A stretch of 64,000 nucleotides of DNA from the human T2T-CHM13v2.0 reference genome, Homo sapiens, in NCBI RefSeq assembly GCF_009914755.1, contig NC_060928.1; one strand, written 5' to 3'. Made by a program: the position numbers and the translations under genes. The notes below the pieces were generated by a model, which saw only the letters and a list, made by a program, of their open reading frames with translations, was not told where the DNA came from and ran no database searches. This document shows, in pieces, positions 32,620 through 53,208 of the stretch; position 1 is the first letter of the stretch; each line of letters opens with the position of its first letter.

Positions 32620-33140
32620 CTTTATTACGGTATAATCTACATACCATAAAAATTTAACTGTTGTAAGTATATAATTTATTATTTTTATGAATAGAGTTGT
32701 TAAACCATTACTGCAAATCCGGTTTTAGAACATTTCCATCATCCCTAAAAGTTCTCTCATGTCTGTTTACAGTTAATCCCTGATCCCACTGCCAGCCCCA
32801 GACAACCACTGATCTGCTTTCTATCTCTGTAAATATGCCTTTTCTGGACATTTCATATAAATGGAATTATACAAATAGAATCTTTTGTATTTGGCTTCTT
32901 TCACTTAGCACAAGTTCATTTGTGCTGTAGCATGTGTCTTAGTTCTTTCTTTTTTGCTGCTGAATAGTATTCCGTTGCATAAAAATACCATATCCTATTT
33001 ACCCATTCATCAGTTCATGGACATCTGGGTTGTTTCCAGTTTTGAGCTATCGTGAATAATACTGCTCTGAACATTCATATGCATGTATTTATGTGGATCA
33101 GTTTTAATTTCACTAGGGTAAATTCCTAAGGGCGAGTTAC
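32620..33140 (-). mobile_element. L1M 3' fragment
   Basis: Degenerate L1 3'UTR/ORF2 end. Confidence 0.7.
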
Positions 33141-33439
33141 TGACATTCTAGTTTCTGTCTCACTGACTCCTTATATAAGAACTTAGGATGCATAGAGCAA
33201 AGTCTGGTGTTCTGATGGTGTCCACCTAGGCAGGTGGCCTATGTAGAGGATGGCCCTCCTCCTCCACCACTACCTGGTAGTGTCAGTGGAGAAGGGAGCG
33301 GAAAAGATGGCTATCAGTGGTTACTGGCTGAGCTGCCATACGTGGCAGTGGCCCTACTCAGGCATGAGAGTCCCTAAAGCTGAATTCCCTGATGGCCCCT
33401 ATGGATTCTCAAGGAACATATTTCAAGACTTGGTTTTTA

Positions 33440-33741
33440 GGCCAGGTGCAATGGCTCACACCTGTAATCCCAGCACTTTGGGAGGCCAAGGTGGGTGGAT
33501 CACCTGAGGTTGGGATATCGAGACCAGTCTGGCCAACATGGTGAAACCCCACCTCTAATAAAAATACAAAAATTAGCTGGGTGTGGTGGTGCACACCTGT
33601 AACCCCAGCAACTTGGGAAGCTAAGGCATGAGAATCACTTGAATCCAGAGGTGGAGGTTGGAGTGAGCCGAGATCACACCACTGCACTCCAGCCTGGGTG
33701 ATAGAGTAAGACTCTGTCTCAAAAAAAAAAAAAAAAAAAAA
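33440..33741 (+). mobile_element. AluS-type
   Basis: Forward Alu with long A tail. Confidence 0.92.
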
Positions 33742-33807
33742 GACGAGATTTATAAATATATATATTAAAAATTCTATATATTTTATTAAACAATTTTTAA
33801 ATATATA

Positions 33808-34089
33808 TTTTTTTGAGGCAGGGTCTTGCTCTGTTGCCCAGGCTGAAGTGCAGTGGCACAAATGCTGCTCACCATAGTTTCAATTTCCTAGGCTCAAGCA
33901 ATCCTCCCACCTCAGCCTAAGTAGCTGGGACCACAGGTGTGCACCACCATGCCTGGCTGATGTTTGCATTTTTTGTAAAGACAGGGTCTTGCTATGTTGT
34001 CCTGGCTGGTCTTGAACTCCTGGCTCAAGCAATCCTCCCACCTTGGCCTCCCAAAGTGCTGGGATTACAGGCATGAACCCCGTCTGGTC
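33808..34089 (-). mobile_element. AluJ-type
   Basis: Reverse Alu. Confidence 0.9.
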
Positions 34090-34249
34090 TATTAATATGT
34101 TTAAATGTCTTCTATTACTATTTTAAATTTACTATGGCAGGCAGTATATGTTATTAAGAACTTCTGATTTGGAAGACTTGGACTTGAATCTTGATTCTAT
34201 CACTAACTATATATATTTCCTTCAGCAAAGAGCTTAACTTCTCAGGATC

Positions 34250-34561
34250 GTCACCAAAACAGGGGGAAGGGCCATCCTGTGGCTTAAAAAGGAGATAATT
34301 TTTTTTTCATAGAAAGGTGAGAAAAATGAAATCTATTGGGCGAAAAGGAACAAAAGGGAAACAGGGACTCTCAGCAAGGCAAGAGTCTTGCTTTCAGTTT
34401 CCTGCCTCACAGCTTGAGTCCCAGGTACCACCCAGGAAGAGGAGAGGCCAGGCACCTCCCTGCTGCAGAATGGCAGGAACTTCCCGAGGCTCCACCCTGT
34501 TCTCCCAGTACGCAGCCTGGTCAGAGCCTCTCCAGGGACCCTTTTATATTTGGCTGTCTCA
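34250..34561 (-). mobile_element. MER61-like ERV1 LTR within a MIR
   Basis: Reverse complement begins TGAGACAGCCAAA...GGGTGGAGCC...GGAAGTTC; left boundary uncertain. Confidence 0.5.
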
Positions 34562-34899
34562 GTTTCATCACCTGTAAAGGGTGGATAAAACTATTTGTTC
34601 CTTCTAGCTCACGTTGAAATTAGATTACAGATGGAAAAGTATTCTGGAAAATTTCCAAGTGTTTTGGAAGTGGGAATTCTCCTCGTTCTGTGCTTCCGAT
34701 CTTGGGAAATGCCACCACTCACCTCCCAAGACTTGAAACTTGGACTCTCTTCTCTCATCTCCATACCCCATCTTAATTATTTTCCTCCCAAATATACTTA
34801 AAGTGTGTCTCTTCCTCCCATCTCCACTGATACTTCCTCAGGTCAGACTCTTGGCATTTCTTACCTAGATTATTGCAACAACCTTTTTTTCTCATTTTT

Positions 34900-36168
<1,269 letters not shown>

Positions 36169-36224
36169 AATATATAGGGTTAATTCACTCATCTATAAAG
36201 GGTTAATTCACTCATATAGATGTC

Positions 36225-36230
<6 letters not shown>

Positions 36231-36261
<31 letters not shown>

Positions 36262-36550
36262 TTTTGAGACGGAGTCTTGCTCTGTCACCCAGGCTGAAGT
36301 GCAGTGGTGCGATCTCGGCTCACTGCAAGCTCCACTTCCTGGGTTCATGCCATTCTCCTTCCTTAGCCTCCTGAGTAGCTAGGACTACAGGTGCCCACCA
36401 CAACTCCCGGCTAATTTTGTTTTTGTATTTTTAGTAGAGACAGGGTTTCACCATGTTAGCCAGGATGGTCTCGATCTCCTGACCTCATGATCCTCCCACC
36501 TCGGCCTCCCAAAGTGCTGGGATTACAGGCATGAGCCACTGTGCCTGGCC
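36231..36550 (-). mobile_element. AluY-type
   Basis: 16-bp TSD TATAGATGTCTTTTCT at 36215 and 36551. Confidence 0.92.
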
Positions 36551-36614
36551 TATAGATGTCTTTTCTAAAAAAAGAAAGATAAAGGGTTAATTCACTCATA
36601 TAGATGTCTTTTCT

Positions 36615-36645
36615 AAGAAAGAAAGAGAGAGAGAAAGAGAAAGAA

Positions 36646-36701
<56 letters not shown>

Positions 36702-36773
36702 AAAGAAAAGAAAAGAAAAGAAAAGAGAAAAGAAAAGAGGGAGAGAAGGAGGGAGGAAAGAAAAGAAAAGAAA
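36615..36773 (+). repeat. (GAAA)n/(GAAAA)n compound microsatellite, pure purine tract
   Basis: 159 nt containing only A and G. Confidence 0.95.
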
Positions 36774-37258
36774 CCAGAATGCCAGAATGGCATAGAGCCA
36801 TGTGAGGTTGCACTTAATGGACTGCAGAGTAGCAGCACGAGAGTCCCCCATGGGATGCATTAACAAGGCTTTCTGGAGGGCAGGAATCCTGAGTGGTCCC
36901 AAACTTGACTGTACATTGTAATCAACTGGAATGCCTTAAGGAGTCCCAATGTGTGGGTTCCACCACAGGGATTCTCATTTATTCAGTTGGGGTACAGCCT
37001 GGGCATCTGTATGTTTTAGAAGTTCCCAGATGAGAGATGAAAGTGTTCTGGAACTAGACAGTGGTGATGGCTGTATATTCTGAACGTATTAGAACAGATT
37101 ATATGTCACTAATGGTAAATGCTATGTTTGTGTATTTTACCACACACACAAAAGTTCCCTGATGATGCTATGGGCAAGACAAAGTTGACAATCAACAAAG
37201 CTTTGTTGCCATTTCTCAGATAATAAGAATCAAGTGGAAGTCTTTGTTAAATAAATAG

Positions 37259-37633
<375 letters not shown>

Positions 37634-37765
37634 AACACCAAGTAATTCTTATACAAGAGAAGTTTGGGAAACCCAGATATACCCAGTGCTTCCCAAGCCT
37701 GCTCAATTGTAAGAATCACCAGGGGATCCTGTTAAGCTTCCAAATCTATTGATAGGCCCATCTAG

Positions 37766-37921
<156 letters not shown>

Positions 37922-38344
37922 TGAGCCTGGCCCATCCAGACCTATTAAACTTGGATCTCCAGAGGAAGGCTGGGACTTGGTGGACTTAATATGCTACCCA
38001 GCTAATTCTCCTGACCAGGCACACTTGAGAAACACCATCTAGTCTAGCCCTCAGTGTTGGCTATTCTACAAAACCTCCTTAAAGAAAAAATCAAATTCCT
38101 TACTCCCAGAGATGCTAATTCTGGGTGGGGCCCAAGTATCCAAAGTTTATTATTTTTTGTTTTATAAGCTACCATCCCTGAGTTTGAGGAATAACTGAAA
38201 TGAATCACTGTTGCAGCCATTCTTTTGGAAAGCAAATTGTGCTCATGTTTCATGGTTACTTATTGAGTCCTTGAGCATGTGCAGTTCTACACAGCAGTAT
38301 ATCCAGAAGCTGAGAATTAGAAAGGTAAGGGTGTCTCAGCCTGC

Positions 38345-38762
38345 TGTAAGGGAGATGGCTGTGCTTTAGTCAGGAGTAGTCTGAGGAAGCCTTCTGGTGC
38401 AGCATAACTCAGCAGGTTTGGAGTGCAGGTGCACAACTCCACACAGTATTTAACCATGCCATGTCAGGCACATTATGTAACCACGCCACGTAAGGTGCAT
38501 TAGGTGATCACCCATGTGAGCTCATGCTTGGCTTGGAGTCACTATTGCCTGTAAAAGGTATAATTACCCTGCTGACACTGTACATATGGCTCATGCCCAG
38601 GGAGAGAATGTACATACAGCTCGTGCCCACAGCTCATGCCTAGGCTCGCTTGTGCCAGAGAGAGGGTAAAAGCCATGTTGAAACTGTCTACAATTCCTCG
38701 AATGTTTTTCCAGCTACCTGCCACCCCACTGACTCCCCTCGGACCTCAGTTAGAACCTAACA
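38345..38762 (+). mobile_element. LTR18-type (ERVL) solo LTR
   Basis: Begins TGTAAGG...GGCTGTGCTTT.GTCA, ends ...AGAACCTAACA; 5-bp TSD CCTGC. Confidence 0.8.
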
Positions 38763-39546
38763 CCTGCCCGTGAAGTAGCTGGGAACAAGTCATGGAAGCA
38801 GGAAGAAAAGGATTGAGATGCACAAAGAGTAAAGAAAGAGAATCCTCGGTGACAGCTTGCTGTCATGTGGGGCGAAACAGAGATCCCTGGTGAGCTTTGA
38901 CATCTCCTCCAAGGGGCCTGGTTGGCAGAGTGTCCAGGGTTGGGTCTTGGGGGAAGTCTCTGGTGGGCTGTGTCCATTCTCTATCTATCTGGATCCTAAG
39001 CTAATTAAAGGAAGCTGCTGTAGCCTTCCTCCAAGCCAAGGAGCTCTATGATTGCTTCTGACCAGAATATGGTTCTACTTGAGGCAGAAAACCCTTAAGA
39101 AGATGAATTCTTTTCCAGTATCTTGGGCTTGATAGGAAAATACACGAGTCTGACAGTCAATTAGAATGAATCAGAATTCATTTATTTCAGTAATCTTCAT
39201 ATCTGTACAAGGCAATCCTCTATTTTACTCTGCCTATCCAAGCGTTTTCAGTTGTCTCCTATGGTTGTTATAAGCTTTTTCTCTTTGTCTTGCCAACATC
39301 CATATCATCTCTTCTTATGTTGAGAGTATAGGGAGAAACAGACACAGGCATGGCTCCTTGAATAGCCCTCCCAGAGGATCAAGTGCATGACAGATCGAGG
39401 CAGAAAGAAGCGTAGTGAAAGTAGTGACCTAGAGGGTGCTGCTTATCTGGCTCTGCTGGCTCTGACCCCTGGAAACTTGGCGGCTGTGGTCAGGTAGGGT
39501 TCTTAAATAATCCACTGTTTATCCCAGACATGAAGGAAACAAATTA

Positions 39547-41060
<1,514 letters not shown>

Positions 41061-42769
41061 TATAAGTGTTTGTAATCTCCCTCTAAATTACTTTTTTACA
41101 CATCTGTCTCCTGGCTAGATGGAGAACTTCTTGAGAACAAGAACCTGGCTTTATTTAGTTATATTTCCAGCAATTATCTCAGGGTCCGGCACAGAATGGA
41201 GAGTTGTAATTGTTGGTAAAATTAATACATGAGATACAGACTCTGTCTCTTTAGAAATAACAAAATGATGACAAGCCTAAATTTATAAGAGGAATGTAAA
41301 CTGCTGCATAGATAATAATCCATGCACTTTGATGTGTCTATATCTGCGTTCAGCAACTAATGTTTCAGTGGTCTAGCATTCCCCAAATAAATACTTTCTA
41401 CTTCTGTTATTAGTTATCAACATCTGCTTCGTATGGCTTAAATATATTTTATTTTTTGTTCTACTCTCAATTGTACAATTCAAAGAAAATATTCACGCTT
41501 TCTTAATGTGCTTAATTTTGTCAATCGTCAATTTTTTTCAAATTTGATTTATTCATAGTTTGACTTATCAAATGCAGCACATTTTGAGCTCCTTTATCTG
41601 CTGGATTTTCTACCTTTAACAATAATGGAGTATGAAGGTAGAGCACAAAAAAATCTAACATTAAATCTCAGCCTAAAAACACGATAGGAAATCCCAGAAA
41701 TTTTCACTGGAATAATTGGCACACACCAAGGAAAACCAGCACAACAGTTGCCAGCTGAAAATGTTCGTGTTCATTTGAATCACCATTGGTGACCTAGTTT
41801 GGCCAGAAGTAAACCATTGTGTTATCTCATCCTCCTAACATACAGCACCTGAGTCAGCATTCTGAAAAACAAAACAAAACAAAACAAAAAAGCAACACCA
41901 ATTTTCAAAATAAGTTTGAACTTGGCCAGCTTGTGTTTTATGAGCTTGTTTAACAGCAGCAAGCAATAATATTTGTTACAGTTTAATCTGTTTTCTAAAG
42001 AATTGATGTCCCTGGGCCTTCATCTAAACTAAAAGTGACCTTGTGGTACTTAAAATGCAAAACATTCAGGACCCACATAGAGTAAGAAGAGTGGACTGAT
42101 TTTCATGTATGTTTAAAAGGTAATGGATTGCATTGATTGCCATTTTGTATGGAATTCTGCCTCCCATACTGGGATTTTTCAATATGAAAACTCAGGTTTA
42201 AGTTAGACACAGGCAGAGGAAATATTTTGACTTTGGGTCAATGTGGAGATGCAGCAGGAAAGCTTTCTCTTCCAAATATCTGGGAAAGCCATGATCACAC
42301 CCTTGAAAACATCATTTGCTAACGAGTAGATCTGTTTTGTAACTGGAGAACATCTGCCTTGCATTTCTAGAGCCCCCTCATTTGAGGGTATGATTTAGAG
42401 AAGCACCAAGCTGTAACATCCCAATGGTAGTTTTGAACATTTTTCAAGGGCATCCCAAATTCCAGGCTGTTTTTTCCTATTGGTTTTAGGCTTCAGTTGC
42501 TCTCCAGGGCTGACCTGTTTGTACTTTTGTTTCACTTTTGTTACATTCACTTAGTATAGAAGATCTAGAGGAATGTTTACTAAATGAGCTTTAGGGTTCA
42601 CCAACCCTTAGGTTTTCATTGCCCAAAAGCATCAGTAGCTGACATGTATGTCTAATACCCACTCCTCGGGGAGCTGTGCTCTTCCTCACCCATAAGGCCA
42701 CTGTGGAGGTGCCATTTTCTTATGTGACCCCCACTCCTCATCCAAGCTGGGCTGTCTCTTCCTTGAACT

Positions 42770-46580
<3,811 letters not shown>

Positions 46581-46990
46581 TCATTTTTGAATTTATTGTA
46601 ATAATAGAGTCAAAACAGAGAGCCTGAGAAGAGAGACCAAAAGGGATTGCTGGCTGGTTTTATAGCCCTGGTTCCAGTAGTTCCTTGGGTTCAATGGCAT
46701 CCCTGCTTGGTTTGGTTGTTCTAGAACTCCTTGGGTTTCTATCACTTGAAACCAAACAAATACAACATCAAGAGTAGTTTATAGTCACCTCTAGGGAAAA
46801 GTTCTTTTTCTGGAACTTACTTGAATGATTTATATGTCTATACTCTATTTGGTTGCCAGAAACAGTGTTAGCTGAGTAGCTTTCTTCATTAGAGTTTACT
46901 GGAGGAGATAAAAATGGGAGAAATAAGTTCAATCAAGATTTTTTTGTCCTTAATACAAAAAGATGTTATTATTGACACTCAATAGAATGC

Positions 46991-47023
<33 letters not shown>

Positions 47024-47024
<1 letters not shown>

Positions 47025-47122
47025 GGGCTAGTCAAGTGAAGCAGTGGGAGTGGAGAAGAAACAAAGAAGTCTGTAACTGGTTGTGATCAATTAGTTGTAA
47101 ACACCACTGTATGGGACCAGCC
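47024..47122 (-). pseudogene. Y3 RNA (RNY3) retropseudogene
   Basis: Reverse complement GGCTGGTCC...CAGTGGTGTTTACAACTAATTGATCACAACCAGTTACAG...CCCACTGCTTCACTTGACTAGCC matches hY3; (AAT)n tail at 46993-47023; TSD tagaat(g/t)ctt. Confidence 0.92.
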
Positions 47123-49365
47123 TAGAATTCTTTTTGAATTACTTTTCTAACGATTAGCATTAATGCCATTCAAATTTGTAAATGGCACGTATTGAACACC
47201 TGTTGTATGCTGGGCACTAAGCACATAGAGATAAAAGGCCTAATTCTCCACAGAAGTTCATGGTCTAGGACAATTGTGCTCAAATTGTCCTCTTCAAGTT
47301 GGCAGCCACTGCATCACCTGGGAACCTGTGAGAAGTGCAAATGACTCAGAAACCCAGCAATCTGTGTTTTAACAAGCCCTCCAGGTGATGCTGACATAGC
47401 TAAAGTGTGAGAACTGATCTAGGGACTTATTTATGTATATCTGCTTACCCATCTCCCTTCTCACTAATGGCACAATTTGTAAACTATAATACAAACCCAA
47501 ACCCCAGTTTAAATGATTGAAAATGGAAATCATCTTGAGACTTCTGAACATTAAAATCAAGCTGTAGACATCCTGGGAAAATCACTCATGTTCTTGTCCC
47601 AGGGCCAACAATAAAGGTAGGTGTGTGCTTCTGGCCTGTCTAAAGTGGCTCCAGCTTATCACAGCAGATAAGACAACACATGGAAATAAATTAGAACGGT
47701 TGGCCCTTGCAGACCTTGACTCCATCTTGGCACCACCTCACTCAAACCCAGTCTGTGAGCTGGGAGCCTGTGCTAGGGCCTCTGTGGGGAGGTATCTGGG
47801 AAAAGTCAGCCGTATCAGCCCTCAAACCACATCACAGAGCTCTTGCCCTTTCCTTCCTCTATTAAAAACTACTACTTGGTGCAAGGAGAGAGATAAACTG
47901 ACAACAAACTAAAATCAGGGTGTTTAGAGAAGGTAAGAATTCTTCAACCCTGAGAAGTTCTAATTGTCATCGTCTTTGTGAAGACTCTGTCTTCTAGTCA
48001 CCTTCTCTCACAGAACTTTCTCATTTGCTCTATTCTATCATTTTGCTTCATTTCTTGATTTTTATATTTCCCATCACTCAATCTAATTAAGCAAATATAT
48101 CAGTGAGTACCTAATAGCCAAGCTAAGCATAACACGAGGAAGAACACTTAGTGCCTGCTCCCAGGAAGCCCGGAGTTGGCGATGTTTCACAATCAGTCAA
48201 CCACCACTTGAGGGCTGAAGTGCATGCCAAGCATTCAACTAGGTTCTGGGGTTAAAAAATGAATACAACACCACCTGGGCACTGAAAGAGCTTGTTGCCT
48301 GCAGGAGAGACGGGTACAAACAAAACATGCTAAGGGCTGTCATGGCGGTAAGAAGGCATTAAGAAAGGGCAGAGGTGAGAATGAGTGAATCTATCTGAAG
48401 GAGCTGAGGAAGGCTAGAAGGAGAATCTGCCCTTGGAGTTGGGTTGGCCCTGTGAAGGGTGGTGGACAGAGGGATGTCTTGTGACAATGTAGTGTGTCCA
48501 GAGGAAAGGGAGAAGCTCATGCTGGCTAGAGTGCACCTCTCACGGTTGAAGATTAGGTTGGAAAAGTAGGCTAGGGCAAGGTTGTGAAGGATTTCATATG
48601 CCACACAGCAGGCTTCAGAGTTGAGACCTGATTCTCTAAAGAGTAGAAGCTGATCAGGTTTTTATCAAGCAGGGAAGACATATGGTCAGATCCAGGCCTT
48701 AGGAAGCAGTGTGGAGGATGGATTTAAGAGGATAAAAGCAAGAAGTGAGTGTTTTAGTTATCAGTCACTGTGTAACAAATGACCCCAAACTGAGTGACTA
48801 AAAATGATGATCTGTTATTGCTCACAATTTTGTGAGTTAGTTGAATGGCTCTTCCGCTGTTCTCATCTGGACTCATATGATCCATTCAACTAGTGCATCT
48901 GAGGGCCAGACTCAGCTGGGACACTGCAAAGGCTGGGCCTCTTTATCCATGTGGGCTCGAGGCCATCCTTGCTCCATGGTCGCTCATCTTTCAGTATCTA
49001 GGCCATGTTTTCTCACATATTGGTGAGAGCATAAAGAAGGCTAATGCCGAACCTCCATGTCTTCTCAAGGCCTGTCCTTGGAGGTTGCATGATATCACTT
49101 CTGCTGCAGTGTATTGGTGATAACCACATGGGAGAAGGAGACAACATGAAGAGGTGAATACAAGTTGGTTTATTGGGGACCACACGATTAGGAAGTTATT
49201 TTCAGAATGTAGGCAATAGACAATGAGAGGCTGAGCTACGAAGTCATGTGAGTGGAGAGGAGCAGATATTTAGAAAATGGAAGAATTCACTATGCAATAG
49301 GACATCATATTAAAGCTCAGATGAGAGTTACAGGCGCACGGTGCTACTGAAGGTCAGGTTGCAGG

Positions 49366-49753
49366 TGTAGTGGATGCTGTTGGTGCCTCCTGCTCTATCC
49401 CCATTAGCTGCTAATCCACCATCTCCCAGCTGCTGTGAGTGCTGGCTGACAACAACTCACAGCTGTTCCTTTCTCTGGAAAATTGCCCTCAACTGAACAG
49501 GAGCTGTCTGCCAGGGAGGAGATATATTCCACCTTTTACTGATTGGCACAGGCCACAGAAGGCCGCCCCCTTTCCTGTGGGTGAGACTGACTCAGTGGTA
49601 CAACTCATGCTCCAGAGCTTCCCTGGGGGATCAGGCTGAAGCTGGTCTCCAGGTGAGTCCACATCCTTGCTCAGCCGCTTCTCCTGCTCTATGCTGTTTC
49701 CTTTACTTTCCTTCTCCTGAGAGCGAGCCCCAGCTCTAAGAAACTCAACCTAA
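49366..49753 (+). mobile_element. LTR16-like ERVL LTR
   Basis: Resembles recalled LTR16 (tgtagtggatgctg ... ctcaacctaaga). Confidence 0.55.
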
Positions 49754-49847
49754 GAAGCGGAGAGAAAAAATGTTCAAGTAGGTGCTGGAATTTCTTTTTA
49801 TAATTTTTTTCTTCCCCAAAGCTACCTCGGTGCTGGAATTTCTTTTT

Positions 49848-50159
49848 TCTTTTTCCTTTTTTTTTTCTTTCAGAGTCTGTCTCTGTCGCCCAAGCTGGAG
49901 CGCAGTGGGGTGATTTCAGCTCACTGCAACCTCCACCTCCCAGGTTCAAGCCATTCATTCTGCCTCAATCTCGTGAGTAGCTGGAACTACAGGTGTGCAC
50001 CACCATGCCTGGCTCCTTTTTTTTTTTTCTTGTATGTTTAGTAGAGACAAGGTTTCACCATGTTGGCCAGGCTGGTCTGTAGCTCCTGACCTCAAGTGAT
50101 TCCCCCACTTCAGCTTCCCAAAGTGTTGGGATTATAGGCATGAGCTACTGCACCCGGCC
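49848..50159 (-). mobile_element. AluS-type
   Basis: Reverse Alu; TSD ggtgctgga(a/g)tttct. Confidence 0.9.
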
Positions 50160-50523
50160 CCTAGGTGCTGGAGTTTCTAATGGGTTAGCTCCTCTATGCT
50201 TTCTTAGTTATGTGATTTTCTCCATTTTTCAGTTCATGTTTCTCTCCTTACTTTTTGCCTTCTCCCCTATAAATTAGTTTTTCTTCTTCTTAAAAATTTT
50301 TCTGCACAACTGGGCAGATTTATTTAAGAATGCTTAGATGATTCTTTCTGTTAGATCTATCTGCAAAAGATAAAGCTTTACAGAAGGGAAGCCAAACAAG
50401 ATAGGATTAACTCCCAAACATAACGACCTCAAGCTTATAATAGTTGTCCTATGGATAAAGAACACAGACTATGAGTTTGAAGACCCCATACAGTAGACAT
50501 CTGTTACATATTTCTTCAGCATC

Positions 50524-51298
50524 TGTGTTAGTCCAATCTGTGTCACAATAAAGAACAACCCAAGGCTGGGTAATTTTTAAACAGAAAAGGTTCATTTGTC
50601 TCATGGTTCTGCAAGTTGTACAGGAAACAGTTCTGGCATCTGCTTCTGGTGAGGGACTCAGGAAGCTTACAATCATGGTGGAAGGCCAAGAGGGAACAGA
50701 CATATGAGATGGCAAAAAGGAGCAAGAAAGAGAGAAGGGGGAGGTCCCAGACCCCTTTAAACAACCAGATCTTGCACAAGCAAGAACTCACTCATCACAA
50801 AGGGGATCGTGCTAAACCATTCATATTAGTTAGTTCTCACACAGCTGTAAAGATACTACCTGAGGCTGGGTCATTTATAAACAAAGGAGGTTTAATTGAC
50901 TCATAGTTCCACATGGCTGAGGAGGCCTCAGGAAACTTACAATTATGGTGGAAGGGGAGGTAGGCACATCTTACATGGCAGCAGGTGAGAGTGTGTAGGA
51001 GGAAATTCAAACACATTTAAAACCATCAGATCTTGTGAGAACTCACTATCACGAGAATGGCATGGGGGAACTGTCCCCATGATCTAATCACCTCCCATCA
51101 GGTCTCTTCCTAGACAGGTGGGGATTATGAGGATTACAATTCAAGATGAGATTTAGGTGGGGACACAGCCAAACCATATCACCATTCGTGAGGGATCTGC
51201 CTTCATGATCCAATCACCTCCTACCAGGCCCCACCTCCAACATTGAGAATCACGTTTCAACATGAGATTTAGAGGGGACAAACTTCCAAACCATATCA
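50524..51298 (-). mobile_element. MST MaLR LTR containing a nested THE1 LTR (50822-51181)
   Basis: Inner TSD CCATT; outer TSD g(c/g)atc; both end aaccatatca. Confidence 0.85.
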
Positions 51299-52547
51299 GG
51301 ATCCTTTTACCCGCTGGCCCATAGCCTGATTCTTCCCATAAGGACCAATCCTCTTTCCCACCCCTAGCCCATGTTCTTCAGGTGGAGCCCCATTTCTGAT
51401 TCAGAGGAAGGCATGCAACCTAGATATAACCTGATCAGCACATGATACTACCCAGAGACTAATTCACAGATATAGACCACATGTCAGGCCAATCACAGAC
51501 AATCAGACTCAGTTCATAAGTTTGCTTAAGTTCCCAGAGAAGGAGGTTCCTGCTTTTCTTCCTTTTGGTGTGAATCAGGAAGTATGTAATCCCAGGAGCT
51601 GCCAGCAGCTATTGTTTGCTGGTGAGAGAAGGCTCCAAGCAGGAGGAAGTCAGCACAGAGGAAACAGAGCTAAGAAATAGACAAACTGCATCCTGATGTC
51701 ATAACATTAGCTCTTGTATAAAGCTGTGCCTATTATTCCTGGACTCTGCAGTTACATGAGCCAATAGATGTCTTTTCTTTTTTCTTTTTTTCTTTTTAGC
51801 TTAAGCGGTTCCAGTTGGGTCCTGCCACTTGCAACCAAAAGAGAATGAACACATGGAGTTTTTATTTAAATAAAGCACTTGCTTTAGTATACTTAGACAT
51901 TTGCTTTCTGTTTGTCAAACATATACAGTGGATATTAAGTGCTTACAGGGACATTTACTGAGGGCTGCAGCTTCTTAATTAGAAAACTAAATAAAAAGAA
52001 AACAGTGTTAGCCAAAATGAAGATTGGCAGGTAGGTAGGGGGGAGTAGGACACATGAACTCTTACTCAGCTCCTAGTCCAGTATCCTCTTCATTTTGTCA
52101 CATCACTGCTAAATTCCAAAGCTCTTCTATACAGATGCTCTGCTTGCTATCTTGTTTCTATTGGGTCTTTGGATATTTTTCTTTCTCTCATTCCCTTTTT
52201 ATCTCTATTCAAGGGAACTACCTACAAATTTGAGGCATCCCTGTAAAAAATAAAAAATAAAAAATAAAGACCTTCATGAGTACAAAACCCCTGGCTTCCA
52301 GATCCCTGGCCTTGTTTTAGCTACTTAACATCGAAATGCTTCCCCAGCCCATACCATGATACCACCGTGCACAGACTGCTTCACCACTAATTTTAGAATG
52401 TTTACACAAGGGATCATCAACTCACATCTATTAATATCCCCAACTCTCCCAGGAACCTTGCAAGGTAAGTATTTCTATAGCCATCTTATAGATGAGAATA
52501 TTTAAGTTCAGAGTAAGTAATTTGGCTAGAGTCTAAAAGCTAGTAGG

Positions 52548-52832
<285 letters not shown>

Positions 52833-53208
52833 TCAAGGAGTGCTGCCTCCATATGCCATGTTCTTTCCATTGCCCATCAGGCAAATACTAGGCTTTCTAC
52901 AACTGCACTGGGGAAGGCAGGTACTTTTGCACCTCTCCCCAACCCCTGCTCTTACGTTGAAACCTCCTTGAAAGTCCTCCATGAGATTAAAGCTGCACAT
53001 TCATTAATTTAAAAGAAATTACTGAGCACCTACTGGGTGCCTAGCATAGTTCTAAATGCTGAGAAGGCAACAGCAAACAAGATAATGTTCCCAGTCCTCA
53101 AAGAGAGCTTACATCCCAGGGGAGATAGATAATAAACATGCAGACAGATACTATGTCCTATCAGGTGGTAACAAGTTCTAGAAAGAAAAACAAAGCAAGG
53201 TGAGGGGG

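Noticed and set aside
36456-36902. Phe/Leu/Ser-rich and Lys/Glu/Arg-rich ORFs
   Set aside because: Translations of the (GAAA)n microsatellite and an Alu
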